A DNA stretch of 64,000 nt, from contig JBMOLG010000001.1 of NCBI GenBank assembly GCA_049324275.1, forward strand, positions 47,606-111,605, in the 5' to 3' direction. The translations under genes were made by a program, and so were the position numbers. Below, piece by piece: positions 60,760-64,000 of the stretch (within the stretch, counting starts at the first letter, position 1; each line of letters starts with the position of its first letter). The DNA is from Nanobdellota archaeon. GTDB taxonomy: Archaea; Nanobdellota; Nanobdellia; Pacearchaeales; GW2011-AR1. The notes beneath the pieces are model-generated. The model did not search any database. It had not been told where the DNA came from and worked only from the letters and a program-made list of their open reading frames with translations.

Positions 60760-61506
60760 TTAGCCTTGAAAATCTAAGCCTGCAAAAGTTTGAATCTGAT
60801 TTTGAAAACTTTTTTCAGAATACCCTTTTTCTTTTAAGATTTCTACAAATGATTTTATGTTTGCGTCTTTGCATGGACCCCTGCATCCATAGCATTTAGT
60901 CTTATTTGAAGGGCACAATGCTTTGCATCCGCCATTTGTTATCGGTCCAAGACATATCTCGCCTTTTTCAAGAAGACATGCATTTGATTTTTTTCTGCAT
61001 TCAAAACAGACCGGATCTTCATAAGGATTAAATGGGATTCCTAAAACGAAACATTTAATGAATCTTAAGATTTCTTCCTTTGAAGGCGGGCATTGAGGGA
61101 TATAATAATCAACTTTTATATGCTTGTTTATAGGCGTAGGGTCTTCTGATTTTAAATGATTATATCTCGGATAAACAAAACTCATTACTTTTTCTTGATC
61201 TGAAAAATTTTTTATTGACGGGACGCCGCCAAAGCATGCACATGACCCTAAAGCAATTATTTTATCTGCCCGTTTTCTTAAATCATTTAAAACAATTATG
61301 TCTTCATCAAAACACACGGTTCCTTCAATAAACAATAAATCAAAATTTCCATTATAATTGTTTTCCTTAACAAGAGGGAATGCTTTTATTTCAACAAGTT
61401 CACAGATTTCCTTGAATGTGTCTTCAAAAAGGATCGAAAGCATGCAGCCGGCACATCCAGATATGCCGTATACTCCGATTGTTGGCTTTTTATTTTTAGT
61501 TTTCAT
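60760..61506 (-). CDS. [NiFe] hydrogenase small subunit (group 3, delta-like)
   Basis: IGVYGISGCAGC (proximal-cluster CxxC), ALGSCACFGGV, and a C-terminal Cys-rich Fe-S region (CLGPITNGGCKALCP...CYGCRGPC). Confidence 0.7.
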   Translation of the reverse strand: MKTKNKKPTIGVYGISGCAGCMLSILFEDTFKEICELVEIKAFPLVKENNYNGNFDLLFIEGTVCFDEDIIVLNDLRKRADKIIALGSCACFGGVPSIKNFSDQEKVMSFVYPRYNHLKSEDPTPINKHIKVDYYIPQCPPSKEEILRFIKCFVLGIPFNPYEDPVCFECRKKSNACLLEKGEICLGPITNGGCKALCPSNKTKCYGCRGPCKDANIKSFVEILKEKGYSEKSFQNQIQTFAGLDFQG

Positions 61507-61786
61507 TTTTCTTTTTCTTTAATTTATCCTCTTTTCCATATAAAAACCATCCATAAAGAACAAATAAAATTGTCAAAGTCGCAAATGTATTACTGATAAT
61601 AATTGGACTGCTTTTTATTTCGATACCATATAATAACCAAATGATTATAGATGTAGTCTGAAATGAATATGTTAAGATTGAAAGGTCTTTTGCACTTTGC
61701 CTTTTGAAAATTTTATAAGCCTGCGGAATGTTTGAAAATCCTTCGCCAAGCCCAAAAATTGTCGCTAATATTGATAAGAGAGTCAT
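61496..61786 (-). CDS. SemiSWEET/PQ-loop family small transporter
   Basis: 96 aa, three TM helices, PQ motif in NIPQAYKIFKRQSAKDLS. Confidence 0.6.
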   Translation of the reverse strand: MTLLSILATIFGLGEGFSNIPQAYKIFKRQSAKDLSILTYSFQTTSIIIWLLYGIEIKSSPIIISNTFATLTILFVLYGWFLYGKEDKLKKKKNEN

Positions 61787-61851
61787 TATTCACCTCATCA
61801 AACCAAATTTATAATTTTATTTAAATTTAACTAAATAAAATATTCATTAGC

Positions 61852-62676
61852 TTATACTTTACTAAGAGTAGTCAGTCTATTTTTTGAACAACTGATTTTC
61901 TTGGCATAATTATCATTGGCAAATCCTGCATTTAATAAATCAACACTACATTCCAATCCATGCAATGTAATAGCTCCTTTTGGTGTTACCCTATAAATTT
62001 CATCGGCTAATTTTTGTTGATATTTAACAAGCGCTTCAAATCCTGACTCTGCACCATATAAAACTCCTGATTCTAAAACACCAAAACTGCATATTATTGC
62101 AGAATTATCATCTTGTCTCATCAAATAAGTCAAACCATCGAAATTATAATTAGGATCAACAGATTCATAATTCTTAGCTCCAAGTTTCAAAAAAAGATTT
62201 TTATTAATTTGTCGTCCGGCATCTCCTAATTCTATAATATTGCGTCCATTAATTTGTTCTCCTAAATATTCCCTGAATTTTCTGTTTGAATTGCATATTG
62301 TGTACAAATCATAAGATGCACCCGGTTCTTGAGTAGATGTTGAAGGCACTGAAATAAAATATTTAATTAAATTATAAGCTTCTTTCTTAGTAAAATGTCT
62401 TAATAATTCAGGGGAAATTTTCTCATGGATTGCTTCAGCCTCCATTTTTCTTTGTTCTTGTTTGCTCACTACTTCATTGCCAACAGGTTCGTTATTAATC
62501 CAGTCAGGCATCTCATCAGAATTATCATCTACTGTCAAAATTGAAGGGCTTTGATAAAGTGGCTTATCAGATTTTGATCTAGCCATATAAGAACGTGATA
62601 TTATTGGTTTCTTAAGCAGTCTTGCCTTTGGGGCTTCCGGCCTAAGAATATCTTTTTTGTTTTTTGATTTTTCCAT
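61852..62676 (-). CDS. hypothetical protein
   Basis: 274-aa ORF. Confidence 0.35.
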   Translation of the reverse strand: MEKSKNKKDILRPEAPKARLLKKPIISRSYMARSKSDKPLYQSPSILTVDDNSDEMPDWINNEPVGNEVVSKQEQRKMEAEAIHEKISPELLRHFTKKEAYNLIKYFISVPSTSTQEPGASYDLYTICNSNRKFREYLGEQINGRNIIELGDAGRQINKNLFLKLGAKNYESVDPNYNFDGLTYLMRQDDNSAIICSFGVLESGVLYGAESGFEALVKYQQKLADEIYRVTPKGAITLHGLECSVDLLNAGFANDNYAKKISCSKNRLTTLSKV

Positions 62677-62743
62677 AGACGCTAATAATAATTCGCCTAT
62701 TTAAATCTTTCTTTTTGTAACTACTTTTTAATAATTAAAAATA

Positions 62744-63556
62744 CTAAAGATATTCTGTTTTATTTGCACTTGCTTCATTCTCTAATTTGGGCTTCAAAAT
62801 ATCATAGCGGAATACTGGCCCATCTTTGCAGACATAAATATCTTGTATCAAACATCTTCCACAGTTACCCATTCCGCATTCCATCCGTCTTTCCATGCTC
62901 CAATAAATTTTGTTATTTTTTAATCCAAAATTGTTCAAAACTTCTGAAACAGAGGACATCATTATTTCAGGCCCGCATAAAAATGCAATTGTATCTTTTA
63001 CTGAAAATTTGTTTTTTGAGATTATTTGATGCAAAAATCCTTCTTGAAAATTATTCTTTTTTTCTTTTTTATCCAGGCAAATTGTGACATCAAATTTTTT
63101 TTGCCATCTGTCAATTTTACCTTTCAACAAAATATAGTTTTCATTTCTGAATCCAAAGAATATTTTTACATTTCCAAAATCTTTTCTGTTTTTCTCTACA
63201 TATTCAATCAAGGAAGTAATTGGCGCAATCCCTGTTCCTCCTGCAATCGTAATTAAATTTTTTTTCTTTAACTTTTTGATTGGGAATCCTTTTCCATAAG
63301 GTCCGCGGATAAAAATCTCATCATTTTCTTTTAGATTAAATAAAGCAGAGGTAACAGAACCTGCATCCCTTACAAGAATGTCTAAATAATTATTTTCATA
63401 AGAACATGAAGCCAGAGGGCATTCGCCTATTCCCAAAATTGAGACTTCAAAAAATTGCCCAGGCAAAGGGTTTAAATTAGATTTGACCCGGATTAATTTG
63501 ACGTCAGGCGTGAATTTTTTTATATTGATAATTTTGTATTTTTGCGGAATGTACAT
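62744..63556 (-). CDS. hydrogenase gamma-like FAD/NAD(P)-binding oxidoreductase subunit (PyrK/sulfhydrogenase-gamma type) with C-terminal 2Fe-2S Cys cluster
   Basis: FR-type FAD-binding N-terminal domain, GTGIAP (NAD-binding), and C-terminal CGMGNCGRC...C. Confidence 0.65.
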   Translation of the reverse strand: MYIPQKYKIINIKKFTPDVKLIRVKSNLNPLPGQFFEVSILGIGECPLASCSYENNYLDILVRDAGSVTSALFNLKENDEIFIRGPYGKGFPIKKLKKKNLITIAGGTGIAPITSLIEYVEKNRKDFGNVKIFFGFRNENYILLKGKIDRWQKKFDVTICLDKKEKKNNFQEGFLHQIISKNKFSVKDTIAFLCGPEIMMSSVSEVLNNFGLKNNKIYWSMERRMECGMGNCGRCLIQDIYVCKDGPVFRYDILKPKLENEASANKTEYL

Positions 63557-63624
63557 GTAAGTTTAATTTCCTCTTTTATATAATAGTAGAATTTATTTTA
63601 TTTAAACTTTTCAATATGTGAAAA

Positions 63625-64000
63625 TTATCTTTTTTGAAAAATTGAAAAATAGTTATGACCATAATAAAATTTATCAGAATAATCAATCATTTTCAAACCA
63701 AGTGGATTGAATAATCCTTCTAAAGATTTTTTATCATAAAGCCTTGCGTTAGGAATAAGTTTAAGCTTATTAACCTCATAAACTAACTCAAATTCTTTTT
63801 TAAGCTGATTAAATAAATTTTTCTTTTCTAAGTCTATTTTTATATTATTAAATAAATCTTCAGTTGAAATTAAACTTTTTGGGCCTGAAACCGTTATGAT
63901 TCCATCCGATTTCAAAACATTATACAGTCTTTCTAAATATTTTTCAGGGCTTTTTAGATGGTATAAAACATCCATCATATTGATTCCAGAAAACATAATT
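63625..64000 (-). CDS. SAM-dependent methyltransferase, N-terminally truncated by the window edge
   Basis: DVLYHL and VLKSDGIITV are post-motif-I class I MTase blocks. The reading frame stays open to the window end. Confidence 0.45.
   Translation of the reverse strand, partial: IMFSGINMMDVLYHLKSPEKYLERLYNVLKSDGIITVSGPKSLISTEDLFNNIKIDLEKKNLFNQLKKEFELVYEVNKLKLIPNARLYDKKSLEGLFNPLGLKMIDYSDKFYYGHNYFSIFQKR

Noticed and set aside
1-64000. rRNA genes, RNase P RNA or SRP RNA
   Set aside because: No long conserved non-coding stretch is present. All gaps over 200 nt were read and none showed rRNA-like conserved motifs.

Overview
AT-rich (~30% GC), gene-dense window from an archaeal genome, most likely a small-genome DPANN-like lineage; this placement is inference. 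The archaeal call rests on aIF5B, ribosomal proteins S6e/S19e/L39e/L31e/L15e, Cdc48/VAT, archaeal-type RNase J, archaeal TIM and class IA FBP aldolase, and an intron-containing tRNA. Core content: pyrB, valS, a YchF/OLA1 GTPase, a PfkB kinase, RadC, Hsp20, peptidase E, a MutS-like ATPase and an Lrp/AsnC regulator. Subunits of a group-3 [NiFe] hydrogenase (large, small, FAD/NAD gamma) lie at three separate positions, with hypA, a double-domain hypC and a hycI-like protease elsewhere. Accessory features: an intact tyrosine integrase; three tRNAs (His, Lys, intron-containing Ile); a tRNA-Lys locus with repeated copies of its own 3' end plus a tandem 39-nt repeat; and a duplicated TrmB-regulator segment. 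Two genes look inactivated: an isochorismatase-family gene by a frameshift and a DNA methyltransferase (mod) by a single in-frame TAG. The most likely system is a 7.6-kb same-strand cluster at 50.7-58.3 kb: Type III-like mod (interrupted by TAG), a small membrane protein, a Res helicase-nuclease, a SNF2-family helicase, and a translationally coupled 464-aa protein with a cysteine-rich multi-zinc-ribbon C-terminus. Several operons of unknown genes (tandem paralogs at 16.1-18.9 kb; RCYWG zinc proteins downstream of valS) are also flagged. All homology calls are motif recognition by eye, not database searches.
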